Origin: Blastocystis sp. Blastoise
Lineage: Eukaryota; Protista; Bigyra: Opalinata
NCBI GenBank assembly: GCA_039096225.1
Contig: JBBPEB010000011.1
Span: forward strand, 744,001 to 808,000
Length of the DNA stretch: 64,000 nucleotides
Direction: 5' to 3'
Part shown: positions 24,339 to 51,950 of the stretch, in pieces
Layout: every line of letters begins with the position of its first letter
Position numbering within the stretch: position 1 is the stretch's first letter
Made by a program: the position numbers and the translations under genes
The notes under the pieces: generated by a model
The model's input: only the letters and a program-made list of their open reading frames with translations
Databases searched by the model: none
Told to the model about the DNA's origin: nothing

Positions 24339-25098
24339 ATGGAGCATACTGAAGAGACACCTGTAGAATCTAATCCAGAGGATCAATCATCAGAAACGAA
24401 GAGTGTAGAATTGAGTAAAATATTGAATAATCTTCAAAAAGGTATTGGAACAATTCAACAAAACATGGAGACTGTTTGTGAGAATATGAATAATAGTTTC
24501 CAAGCTACAATGAAGATGATGGATTCAATGAATAAATTGATGGAAACTTTTGTTCTTCACAACGTTCTTGTTCGATCTGTATTCACAAAGAAAGAAAACA
24601 ATACTATTGGAATGGAAATCATAGTATCCAATATAACTTCATTTCCTGTTCAAAACATAGAAATTATTCTCTGCCACGATAATGGAAATGAATTTGTATA
24701 TTTTTATGCTTTATATATTCATTATTCTATTTTTATTATATAATATATATATAGGAAAATATTAATATTCAAGATGGTGATATTATTTCTCAGTATTCAT
24801 TTATATTGTTGCATTATATAAATCAATTTATTATATATTTTTTTATTTATATATATATATTTATTTTTAGTTTATATATATAATATATTTTTAGTTTATA
24901 TATATATAATATATTTTTAGTTCTTATAATTCAGATCCATTTTCACTAAATCCTGGTGATTATAAGCATATTCATTTAGATTTATCGATTCTCTCTGTTC
25001 CTTATCAAATAAATATGAATATTAAAGTTCACTTACCCTCTCCTGGAACTGGTGAAATTTTAGAAAATACTTATTATGGTTCATTTATATGTGTTTAA
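24339..25098 (+). CDS. Hypothetical protein (coiled-coil plus beta-rich domain ending in LPSPGTG; 3 exons)
   Basis: Exons 24339-24695, 24754-24792 and 24921-25098 splice in frame via GT-AG introns to TAA. Confidence 0.7.
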
Positions 25099-25413
25099 AA
25101 TATATATACACATTATATATAGTATTATCATCATTTTATTATATATATATATATATTTTGACACATTTTTTTTTATACCTAGTTATTCTTTTATTTGTTA
25201 TTTTTTTAAATTTCTGTTTACTCATTTTAATTAGTTTTTCAATTATTTTATATATATTTATTAAACAATATCTATATTAAAAAAATATTTTTAACAAAAC
25301 GATAAGTAAACTGATTAAAAAACAAAACATTTATAGAAAAGAAACACATTGATAATTTATTGATAAAAATATTCTTTTAAATATATTTATATATATTATA
25401 TATATCATTTTGT

Positions 25414-26188
25414 TTACTTATAGAGATCACGTAAATTGTAGATAATTGGTTTTACTATAGAAAGAACGAATGAATATTAAAAATAAAGATAAATATATAT
25501 ATATATATATACCATTGTCTTGTAATTTATTGTAAACTGTGATAAATCTGCAGAAAATGACAATATAGAATAACTATAAATATAATAATAATAAGTATAA
25601 TAATATTCATAAAATAATAATATAATAACATAATAAATAACAACATTGTCTATATATAAATACATTAATAAATATAGAAACACCATCTACTATAAAAATA
25701 TAGTAACTTAACCAATATCCAAAAGTAAATAAATTATAATATTCTTCCCAATTCATAATAGCATATACTAAGCCAGATGTATAGAGAATTACCGAAAGAA
25801 TAGAAACTATCAAATAATAGACAGCACCTTTAAGACTGACTCGTTCATTATAATAGATACCAATAATAGGAATGAAAATAATAAGTATTTCAAAGAATGA
25901 ACAGATATAGGAAAGAAAAGAAATAAAGATAGTCATCTTGAGAATACTGAAATATTTATAAGTATCACGAAGGATAGCTTGCTCTCTACTACTTAAACCA
26001 TTAGAATCACTATCATATGGATCAAAATAAGAGTATGCATCTGCCTTGGAAGAAGAAATAGAAGAGTATTGAGCTTGAAGAATCTCAGTAGCAGGATCTA
26101 TTCTTCTATGAATGGGTTGAGAAGAAGAGGTTTGCTCTAAAGAAGAAGGTTCTTGGGTAGCTATTTCCACAGTAGCACTTGAGCTCAT
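25414..26188 (-). CDS. Hypothetical multi-pass membrane protein (3 exons)
   Basis: Several hydrophobic segments. The spliced 3' end reads LFYIVIFCRFITVYNKLQDN-VKPIIYNLRDLYK-stop. Confidence 0.7.
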
Positions 26189-26990
26189 AAACTTTTGATT
26201 ATTATATCAAAGGAAAGATAATATAGAACTTTTAATTTAGCAAAGAATCAAGTAGTTGGGAAATTAAAAAGTTACCGCCTAAAAACCAAAATTTCTAGGA
26301 ATGACTCGGTAATTCATAGGAAATGACGAAATCTGGAAATGTTTCCGTTTGTGTTTATTTTGCATTTATCTTCTTTTTCATCATTATAAAGGTTTTTTTC
26401 TTATTGATAAAGACTGTTTATTACATGTAGATGACATGGAAGATATAAAATCCATATAAAATATACAAATAATTGATAATTTGATTCAAATTCTCTTAGT
26501 GATACGTTTTGAATTATTCATATTTATGTGAGACATAAGATAGCACAATAACCTTTTTATGATCACAAACAATTTTTTATATATGAGCATATTTCATATT
26601 TGAAGAGATAAATTGAGTTATTCTAATGTTAAGATAACATTATACAATAGATTAATGTTAATGATGAAGAAGCGAATCTATCAATCACAATATCATGAAC
26701 GATAAATGGATAATAATAAAATTTTTATACAAAACAACGTTCTATATCAATATGTTTAGAAAAAAATTTAGAATTTATACCAAGAATGAGAGTGAAGCGA
26801 ATACGAAGCTATATACTTGATGAATATTCAAGAAAAAAAAAATTTTAATTTATTAAAAGTAGAAAAGGAAAAAGAAATGATGAAAAATTAAAACAAATAA
26901 CAGTATATTTATATTACATTAAATAATGTATATATATATATAGATAACAATGAATAAATGAAAATGTTGAAATATAAAAAATAATAATTA

Positions 26991-28570
26991 TTATTGAATA
27001 TTGCCAAGTAGAGATATTTTGCTGACAATAGCTGGTGGTGACTGAACTTCAGATTCTAAAGAATGTTCTTTACGTGTAAGTCCAATCTGACTGTTATACA
27101 CATCTATATTTCCTGTTTGAATATTATATACTAAATATTGTTGTTGTTGTTGTTGTGTATTATACCCATTCTCTATTGAATTCTCTACAGAGTTACTTAT
27201 AGAGTTATTTTGACTTTGAATATTCATTGTTGATGCAGAATTAGGTATACTAGACATTGAATCACTATCTATATAAGTTATATTATTTAGAAGAAGAAGA
27301 AATGCATATTATATATTATTCTATATAAAACTTTAAAAAATAATAAGATCAATATTGAAAGAGAAATAAATTTATTAATTTATTATTAATTAATTTATTA
27401 ATTAACTTATCACTAAATTAATTTATACATAAAAATAACTACAAAATTATTTTAGAATAATAACATATATATATATACTATATAATTGTCTTTTATAATC
27501 TTGTTCTATTTCCATAGTTGAATATGAGTCTTCTTTATAATACTCAACAGGAACATTAGCTTGATCCTGAAGAGAAGAAGAACAAGGATATAGAGACTGT
27601 TTTAACTATATATAATTGGTATTATTATTGTGGTATATAATAATAATTAATAATAATGATAATATAAATAACATACATAATAATAAAAATAATAATAACA
27701 TACTATGATGAATAAAAAAATAATAAATAATAAATCTAAATATAATAATATACATATTGTATTTCTTCAGGAGATTTTTTATCTATAAAAATATCAATAT
27801 ATATATACATATAAATATAGAATAATAATATATACAAATAAGAGGAGTCTCTTCTTCTATTTTGGGATATGTTTCGTTATGAGAAGCAAAATAGGCAGAG
27901 ACAACACGCCATTTACAATACTCTAATTTTTGAATTTGCTATAAACAAACAAACAAAAAATAATAATATAAGTAAAAGCAATATAAAATAAATATATAAA
28001 ATATATTTATATATAACAAAATAAAAGTTAGAATAAAATAGCTTCTTACTTCTCTTCTCAAATCTCCAAAGATATCGAGACATTCATATAATAATGCAGT
28101 TTGAGTATAAAGATAAGAAGATTCTCTAAAAGAAAAATCATATATTTCATAAATAAAGAAATGAAATACTCTGGCGATGAATAGTAATCAATAGAATCAT
28201 GAACTTCGCATGCACATAAAGCATGTTCAGCATATTCAGAGATAATTTGCTAAAAACAAATAATGTAACATAAAATATTTATGTAATAATAAAATATAAA
28301 TACCTTTGCAGTGTCGTTGCAATAATTAAACACAGATTTATTATCTTGAATCATACTTTTGAGATTCTGAATAAAGTTATTCATACTATGTTGCTCACTC
28401 AATGGATATTGTTCCATCGCATCGACAGCGACAAGGAAAGCCTTTTGTTTCAAACAAATAGACACAATTCCGTCATCTTTTATATCACCGTTGAGTTCTA
28501 TATTTCTAGCAAGATCTAAATAAGGAGAGCAATCCTTTAATTGATCAGGAATTCTTAGTATTTTATTCAT
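26991..28570 (-). CDS. Vta1/LIP5-like MIT-domain protein (divergent)
   Basis: IPDQLKDCSPYLDLARNIE...YTQTALLYECLDIFGDL...QKLEYCKWR matches the pattern of the Vta1 N-terminal tandem MIT domains; 7 exons. Confidence 0.65.
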
Positions 28571-28761
28571 TTAAATAAATAATAATAGATTATAACACAA
28601 TTAACTGTTGAAAATATCTATTTGTAAATCTAAACATTCTTTTCCTTTATAATTTATAAAAAACCGCGGAGTTTCTTGAAGTCTTTTTTACGATTCATTT
28701 TTTATATTTTCTATTTATCATAGAAGTATTTGGGTATTTAATATCATTATATAAACTGTCT

Positions 28762-31643
28762 ATGAGTAAATTTTTAACAACATACAGAATATGGGTTACT
28801 GTGGGAAGTGGTATTTTGCGTTCTTATTGATTATTTTGTAATCTATTTGTATCTAAAGGTCTTGAAACATTATTTCTAAAGGAATTGGCTTGGAATAAAA
28901 TTGATGGGAAAGTTCTTCGATGTACTGATGGGGAAGGTGGTGTTGAATTAAGAGGTATTATTATATTCATATGTTATAAAAATTCTCATTCATTCTATGT
29001 ATGTAGTAAATCGAGAAGATTTATGGGGTGTTGTTTGTAAATCAAGAATTGCAGGTATATAAATTCAAATATTTTAAATGAAATTATTTCTAGAATCTGT
29101 AAGAATTCGTATTGGATCTTTTTATGCTAAAACATTTCAAAAATTTAAAGAAGAATTAACAACAATTCCTTGGAATGCTTTCTTAAGTGATAAAATTTAT
29201 TTAGAACCATCGGTTGTATGTTTTACTTTTTTTTTCTTATATTATTTTTTATATTTATCATTGTTGTTTTTGTTTTTATTAAATTCTTTTTTATTATATA
29301 TATATTTTATGATTTATATCAGGTATCTCATGAATCACAATTATTTCATACAAAAGCCATTGAAGAAAAACTTAATAGTATTCCTATTTTAGATAAATTA
29401 ATGAATAATAAAAAAGGAATTCCTACAAAATTATTTATTAGAGTATATATATATAGTATTTATAATCTATATTATTTGTTAGAAATAATAATTCACTATA
29501 TAGTAATAATAATTTTTTATAATTATATATATATATATATATATAGGTATATAAGAATGAAGTAGAAGTATCTTTAGATTGTTCTGGACCTTGGCCATTA
29601 TATAAAAGAGGATATAGAAAATATGTGAATGAAACACCTATGAGAGAAACATTAGCTTATGCTTGTATATACATTTATTATATATTATAATAAATAATCT
29701 CTAGAATTTAATAATTTTAACAAAATATATAGTTAAAAAAATGAGTAATATATATATATATATATATAGCTTGGTTTTTAGGGCAATCATTAGTTTTACC
29801 TGGATTTGATCTATATACACCTTCTAGTTATACATCCATTTTAAATTCTCCTATACCTTCATTCTTTATTAATTCTAAATTAAAAAGTAACAATGATTTG
29901 TCAAGTGTTTCTCCTGCTAATTCTCCTGTTAGTTCTCCTGTTAGTTCTCCTGTTAATTCTCCTGTTAATTCTCCTGTTGTTTCTCCTGTTAATTCTCCTG
30001 TTAATTCTCCTGTTAATTCTCCTGCTGTTTCTCCTATTAGTTCTTCTCCTTCTCCTTCATCATCATCATTAAAGGATATTAATTGTTATACTACTACTTC
30101 TCCTTCTACATCTACATTATCTACTTCTCTTTCTATAACTACAGAAGACTCTACTATAAATCAATCTACTACTCTAGATTATAAAAATACTTCTATAAAT
30201 AATAATAATAATAATGATAATATGAATATATCTACTAATACTACTACTACTATTATAAATAATACATCAGATATAAATACATCTTTAAGCAGCACGTCTA
30301 AGGCATCTGCACCTATTCTTGATATTTATGATCTTTGCTGCGGATCTGGTATATATATATATATTTAATGATTATTCTCTTAATATAATATAATTATCTA
30401 TAACTATATTATAACTAATATATTAATAATAAATACTATATATATATAGGAGTATTATTATTAGAATCTTTAAGTGGTTGTATTCATGATTATCCATTCT
30501 TTCAAAGAGAACGATCTTCAACGTATTTTAAACATAAGTATACTAATACTATATATATATATATACTTTATTATTATTTATATATATAGAATCATATATA
30601 TTATAAATATTATATAGTTTTGAATTATGGCCAAGCCATGATAGCGAAGCATTTGAAAATTATTTAAAACAATTAGAAGATGAAAATCATAAACAAAGAG
30701 AACATTTAGAACATTGTATATATATATATATATGATTTATTTATAATTATTCTTTCATTTATACTATTAATTTATAATATATATAAATATATTTCATTTA
30801 CTTATATTTTTTTTATATAATAATAACATATAATAATAACATATATAATAATAACATATAATAATAATAACATATAATAATAACATATATAATAATAACA
30901 TATATAATAATAACATATATATATAGTTCCTCTTCATTATTATGCATCTGATATTTCGAAGCGATCTATTTCTGCAACTCAGGGAAATTTAAATAATCTT
31001 TGTCATGGACAAAAATACCTTAAAAATGTATATCAATTTAACTTTATATAAATCTTATCCCTATTTATAATTTGTTTTTAATAAAAGAAAAAGAGTATAC
31101 TTAAAATAATTATTCATATTATATATATAGACATTTACAACAGAAAATATTACTTTAGAGAAAATGAAAAAGAAAATTATTCATGAGATGGATAATAATC
31201 AAAATAAAGTCATTTTACTTGGTAATATATCCTTATATATATAAGTATTATTATATAAATATATGATCCTATTAATTCAAAATAATTATATTCATAAGTT
31301 TACTACTGTTATTATTATTAAAAAACTTTACATATATATATATATTTCTTAATAAATATACCCTCCTTATGGTGTAAAATCAAAAATAGGTATTCAAAAA
31401 TCAAAATCTTTATATTATGATTTATTTAATCTTATAATTCAATTAAAAAAACATAATAAGTTATTATTTGCTTCATTATTTATACCACCTGAGATTTCTT
31501 TACCTTTATTTATTAATCAAGATTCAATGATACCTATAGATAATCATAGAAAAACAATACTTCATGGAGAACATGGATTAGAAATTATCCCACTTCCTAT
31601 GAAGAATTGTGGACTCAATATTAATCTTACTCTTTTCAAATAA
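28762..31643 (+). CDS. THUMP-domain class I SAM-dependent RNA methyltransferase (RlmL/UPF0020-like)
   Basis: TCGSGLE, SRIAESVRIRIGSF, IPWNAFL, SQLFH, VSLDCSG.PLYKRGYR...PMRETLAYA, DLCCGSG, ASDI and NPPYG. The NPPYG motif is formed only after removing an AT-AC intron. Confidence 0.88.
29907..30040 (+). repeat. Coding 12-nt tandem repeat (TTCTCCTGTTAA-like) encoding NSPV/SSPV
   Basis: About 11 imperfect copies within a methyltransferase exon. Confidence 0.9.
31227..31361 (+). other. U12-type AT-AC intron
   Basis: 5' ATATCCTTAT, branch-like TTTCTTAAT about 9 nt before the 3' AC. Removal joins GGT AAT | CCT CCT TAT GGT (G-N-P-P-Y-G). Confidence 0.93.
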
Positions 31644-31747
31644 AAATATATTTATTTTATATATATTATTGTTTTTAAATGTTTATACAATTTAATTTAT
31701 GTAATGGGGTTGTTTTTCTTGTTTTTAAATAGTCTAATTATTCTCGT

Positions 31748-31755
31748 TGTTTGTT
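31748..31755 (+). promoter_or_regulatory. TGTTTGTT motif downstream of the methyltransferase gene
   Basis: Exact motif about 105 nt after the stop; function inferred from the Blastocystis precedent. Confidence 0.4.
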
Positions 31756-32174
31756 AATATTCAAAGAAAACGATTTTATGTAGTAATGTTGGTCATTAAT
31801 TTTAATATTATGAATAATAGAATATAACTCTGTTCTTATTATATTTTTAAAAAATTTCTTGTACAAATAAATAGTACAAGATGAATAAAAGCTATTAAAT
31901 GAACCACAATGTTGTTCTTTCTAGCTCTTTTTCTTTATAAACATTTAAATAATGTTCTATTCATATTATCTAGCAAAATATCAAAGTCAGATAGCATATA
32001 CAAATGTAAATAATAAAGAGAAGAACAGTGAATATCTACCTACCGAACAGAATATAAATCATGGATCAACAAGGAAATGCTACTTTTCATGTTTAAAAAT
32101 AATTTTGAAGGTATAGTTTCAAATATTTCACAAATATAATTTTTTATTTATTCGTTGCAACTATTCCATCAATA

Positions 32175-33739
32175 ATGGATATTGATAAAATAGATTTCTG
32201 TAAATGTAACGTACATAAGCAGTTCATCACATTTATGAAATATAATGCAGAAATAGCTTCTTTTTCTAAAGATGGTGAGTTGTTAGCTGTTGTAAATAAT
32301 GATCTGACTATTACAATGTTCGATTGCAAGTTTATCTGGGTTCCTACGAAAGAATATATGCTTTTTTCTGAAGATGAAATACAATTTGAAAAGGTGAATC
32401 AGGATTTTATTTTTATTGATTGGTCTGCAGATAATAAAAGTTTATATTTTATTGTAGATACTCATGGATTTATTATTGATGCCTATAAAGGTTGTGTTAT
32501 TAAACGTTTTTTGTATTTATATATATGTGCTATTTTTTGTTTAATTATATTATTATTATTATTATTATACTTATTATTATAATTATTATTGTATAGTTTA
32601 CCAAATCGTTTGACTTCATTTATATGTCATCCTCATGAGAATGATTTATGTTTAATAACAACAAATAATAAATTAATAGAAACAAATTATATAACAGGTA
32701 TAGAAAGTCTTATATATGATTATAATGATATGAGTATTACTTCAGATATGAATTCTAAACGTATATTATCTTCATTTGCTATATATATTCCTTATTCTAC
32801 AAGAATATTATTATGGATATCAAATACATTATTTTGTTATGATAAAATTACTCATCAACAAATTAAACAAATAACATTAAAATTATCAACTCCTTGTGCT
32901 TCTCGTATTTCTATTGATTCTAAAGGAACATTCTTTATTGTTACCAATCGATCTGAGATTACAGGATTTCATATTCATGATTTTGTTCCTTTCTTATCTT
33001 ATAAAGATACAGTGAATCAAGTAACATGGAAATCCTGTTCTATTAATCCTGATTCAACACAAATATTAGGAATACCTTCAGGATTTCAAACAGGAACACC
33101 TATATTTATATTATATGATAAAGATGACAATACTCAATTAGAAAGGTTTAATGAACCATTTAAAGAAATAAAATGGGCCATGTGGCAACCTGTTGTAGGT
33201 ACATTAGTTGTATGTACTTCCTCAGGAGAATTAATGAAATATCAAGAATTCTATGATACAAAATTTGCTGTATCTTTATTTTTTTTTTTTAATATTAATA
33301 TTATTGTTTTTTTTTATATTATATATTTTTTTTATATTATTATTTTTTATATTATTATTATTATTATTTTATAATAATAATTATTATTATTTATATTATT
33401 CCTTTTTTTCAACTCTTTTAATAGCATTATTATATAATAATCCTCATTTTCTAATATTGAATTTCATTTCTATAGGGTTCATATTTCCCTCCAAATTTTG
33501 AAAAATTAGAAAATAATATTATATATGAAGAAAAAGAAGATGATTTTGATTTTATGGATCCAATTATTCAAATCGATGAAAATGATACTTATAAATGGGA
33601 TACTATAGATATTATGAATCCTATATATAACTATCAATCTTTACCAGTAGATATTTTAATAGATAAATCAATTAAACAACAAAAACAAGATGATTATAAA
33701 ACACATCTAGTAAATCCTTATGACGATATTTTCAAATAG
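32175..33739 (+). CDS. RBBP5: RBBP5/Swd1 COMPASS subunit (WD40; 3 exons)
   Basis: ASFSKDGELLAVVNNDLTITMFD, YKDTVNQVTWKSCSINPD and FPPNFEKLENNIIYEEKEDDFD match the RBBP5 motifs (QDxVNxxxWKxCCFS; FAPDFKELDENVEYEERESEFD). Confidence 0.8.
33270..33475 (+). other. Candidate U12-type GT-AG intron
   Basis: The 5' end GTATCTTTAT fits RTATCYTT and differs from the usual GTATAT here. The branch-like TTTTCTAAT about 20 nt from the AG is weak. Confidence 0.45.
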
Positions 33740-34415
33740 AATTATATTCATCGTTTTATTATATATATAAATTTTATTTTAAGGTACAAGAACTATTTTA
33801 TTATTTAGAATCTTTTTCTTTCAGTTATACTTTTAGTTTTCACTTTTCTATTCTCTCTTAATGGATGCTATTGCTATTATTATTATTGTTTTGTATTTTT
33901 TTTTCTTTTTAACGACTATATCTTTTTTTATGTTTTGCTTTTTACCCCTACATACTTAATTTGAATCCTGAATCAAAATAAAAATAAAATTTCTCATTTT
34001 CTGTGAAACAAAAAGAATTCTTCAAAAAAAATAATAATAACTACTGTTAGATAACAGCTATTTTTTTCTAATGAGGTGTCAAAGTGATTCTGAACTCATA
34101 CTATTCGAAATAAGCCTTAAATTCTTAAAGCATACCTAGATTTATAAATTTTTGTAGAAAAAATTCTAATAATATCATATAGTAATTCAATTCATTCGTT
34201 TGAAATCTTAGTATAGACGATCTAAGATATCTGAAAACAATATATACAATAAATTAAATGAAAAGACAAAAAAAAAAGAGATAAAGAACGTATTCAAGAA
34301 TAAACATAAAAAACCAGTTTAATTTGTTGAATTAATCGTTGGGAAATTGAAATGGAATATTAAAAAATTAATTTTTGATTAATAATCTATTGTATCGTGT
34401 TTTATTAGTTACATC

Positions 34416-38212
<3,797 letters not shown>

Positions 38213-39041
38213 TTTATTGTTTTATTCGTTTTGATTATATTTTTTAATATTAATATATATATATCACAAATATTTATTTTATTTCAATCTTTTGTTATTA
38301 AAAAAAAGGTATTCTATTTTCTAATTTTTGATAGCTCTTTATATTTATGAAATCTCTCTATGATTACAAAATTTTAAAAAGTATCTTCTAAATAAATGAT
38401 TATATTGAATCAAATTATATTTATTAGACTCAAGTTCATTGAATCTCTCTATTTTTATTTTTCTCTTTTCTTTTTTAATGTTGTTGTGTTTTATTTTTGT
38501 ATTGTTTTATTTTTGTTGTTGATAATATAGTTTTGTTACATTAAAATTAGTTTTCATTCATTCAAACTACATTCAATATTATCCCTGATGATACTATCAT
38601 AACTATTTGAATAACATTTGATATTATCACAAAAAATGAAAATTTTACTTTTTGAAGTGCCAATCCATGTATTTTCTCATCCTTCTGCATGCAGCTACTA
38701 TTAGAAATCATCGCATACCATTCAATTTCTTACAGAAAAGTGTATTCCTTCTTTTTAAAAGCTTTCAAAAATTAATTCAAAACACACTAAAACAAAATCC
38801 CACAAAAATAATTTCTCTCTTATCCGTGTTAAGTAGGTTCATCACATATATATTCATGAATATTCATAATTTACCCCGTACTACTTCTTAATAATCACGA
38901 TTTAGTTAATTATTTTCTTTTTTCAACATGGCAACAACTTATTCTTTTCTTAACCACAATTACCTTACGGAAATAAAAAAATTAAAGAAATTAATTCATT
39001 CTTGTCTATAATTTAGTATAATTACCATTATAAGTATATAG

Positions 39042-46355
<7,314 letters not shown>

Positions 46356-46679
46356 GCCAATAGTACATGGCTATTATTCTATATATATAATAGAACAATT
46401 TATTTCTTGTTTACTTATATAATCACTATGAGGCATTCCCGTAAATATTATTTGCAGATCAACGCCAATTGTTGTAGAATTTTTTTAAGATAAATTCAGA
46501 CATATGATTAGAGAATATATTCACGGGAATAGTTTTGCGTAAAAACTGTCCTCTTTTTTAAGAATTTTCAGTGATTTTCAACAAAATTTAAAAAAACACA
46601 ACAATTTATTAATAATTACAAATTTTAATAACTAACAAGAAAAACATAATTATATATATATATATAGATATAAGAATAA

Positions 46680-47211
46680 GCAAGACTTTTAATTATATAT
46701 AGTTTCTACTAGCCTCTCCTAGTTTCTATTACCCGATTAAGACTAAAACTAAAAAGAAATATAAAATTAGTATATTAAAATAATATTATTAGATAATATA
46801 TACCTTTTTGAAGAACCTTTAGTTAAGACTAGCAGAGGAAAAGGTAAAACTATAATAATGAATTATAAAGTTAAAATATATAGATAGAATATACCTTAGA
46901 AACCTTTGTAACCCTTATAGGAATGCTTCCAGAGGACAGAAATAACCTATATACTATAATAATAGTTAATTGTAAAAAATAAATACATAAATAAATACCT
47001 TTAAAAGAATACGGATCAGATCAGGAGGACTTGATACACCACGTACTAGCTATAGAATATAAAAATAGTTAATGTATAAAAATATGAATGTAAAAACATA
47101 CCTTAATACCAATAAATCAAGATCATGATGGGTTTCTATCACCATGGTTTAGCTCGAAAAGAATCAGACAAATGGAGCCATATTTGTAGTTATTTTGAGA
47201 AGAAAGAGAGC
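46680..47211 (-). other. Spliced multi-exon sequence without an intact ORF (ncRNA or decayed gene fragment) inside the CACTA element
   Basis: Exons 47211-47102, 47049-46999, 46946-46895, 46849-46804 and from 46748, separated by 45-55 nt AAG|GTAT...TAG introns. Exons are GC-richer than the flanks, with stops in all frames. Confidence 0.6.
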
Positions 47212-48029
47212 CTATATTATATAAGATATATAAATAATAAAAATTACATTTTTAAAAACTTTATAAAAAGCTTTAATAGATAATAAATAAAAAGATTTAT
47301 GTCAAAATACAAAATTTTTTTACATAAAACAAACATAGGGTGGCCCTTTTATAAAATCTTTTTTTTCCTATAATAAAAGCCTGTATAATTTTTTTTATTT
47401 CCAGGGGTGAACAAAATTTTTAAATTTTTCTCTGTTTCTCTACTAAAAAAAGTCTATTTGAATATAAATTAATATATAAGTGTTGTATGTGTCTATTAAG
47501 TTTAATTATTTAATTATAACAGATCTCCGGACTTAATTAAACAAGAAAATTGCTATTTTAATAAACTATTATTACAATTAAATATATTTGTTAGTTATAT
47601 TTATACAATAATTTTTTATTTTTAATAAGAGTGCAATGGAGAATCAAAAAATATATTTAGTATAGTTATTTATGAAGATATAATTCGCAATTTACAACTT
47701 TTGTTTTATAATATGTTTTATATCAACGAATCATATATTAATATTAGTGAATAAATGAACTGAGAATGTCTGAGAGATTCTTAAGTTGTTTTATGCTTTA
47801 TAAAGAAAATTATAAAAAATTAATAAAAACTATATTAATAGTTACTCATTTTTCCTGTTTTTCTAAGAATTCTTTTAGAATAATCTTATTCTTAAATAAT
47901 ACTAAGCAAAATTAATATAATAAATAAATATAAACCAATAAAAAATAGATAAAATAGATATTAGATAATATATATATATATATAAGTAACATCATTATAA
48001 TACATATAATATATATATGTCTGAAGCTT

Positions 48030-51950
<3,921 letters not shown>

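Noticed and set aside
47015-47045. Antizyme-like +1 frameshift site (TGG TGT ... TCC TGA T on the minus strand)
   Set aside because: The upstream frame is closed by TAA and the +1 frame ends within about 25 codons, with no antizyme similarity.
46680-47350. Identification as U11/U12/U6atac, RNase MRP/P, SRP, U3 or telomerase RNA
   Set aside because: Only fragmentary resemblances (AAAAGGGC; AAGTCCTCC/GGAGAGGCT). The diagnostic motifs are incomplete, so I cannot support a call without an Infernal search.
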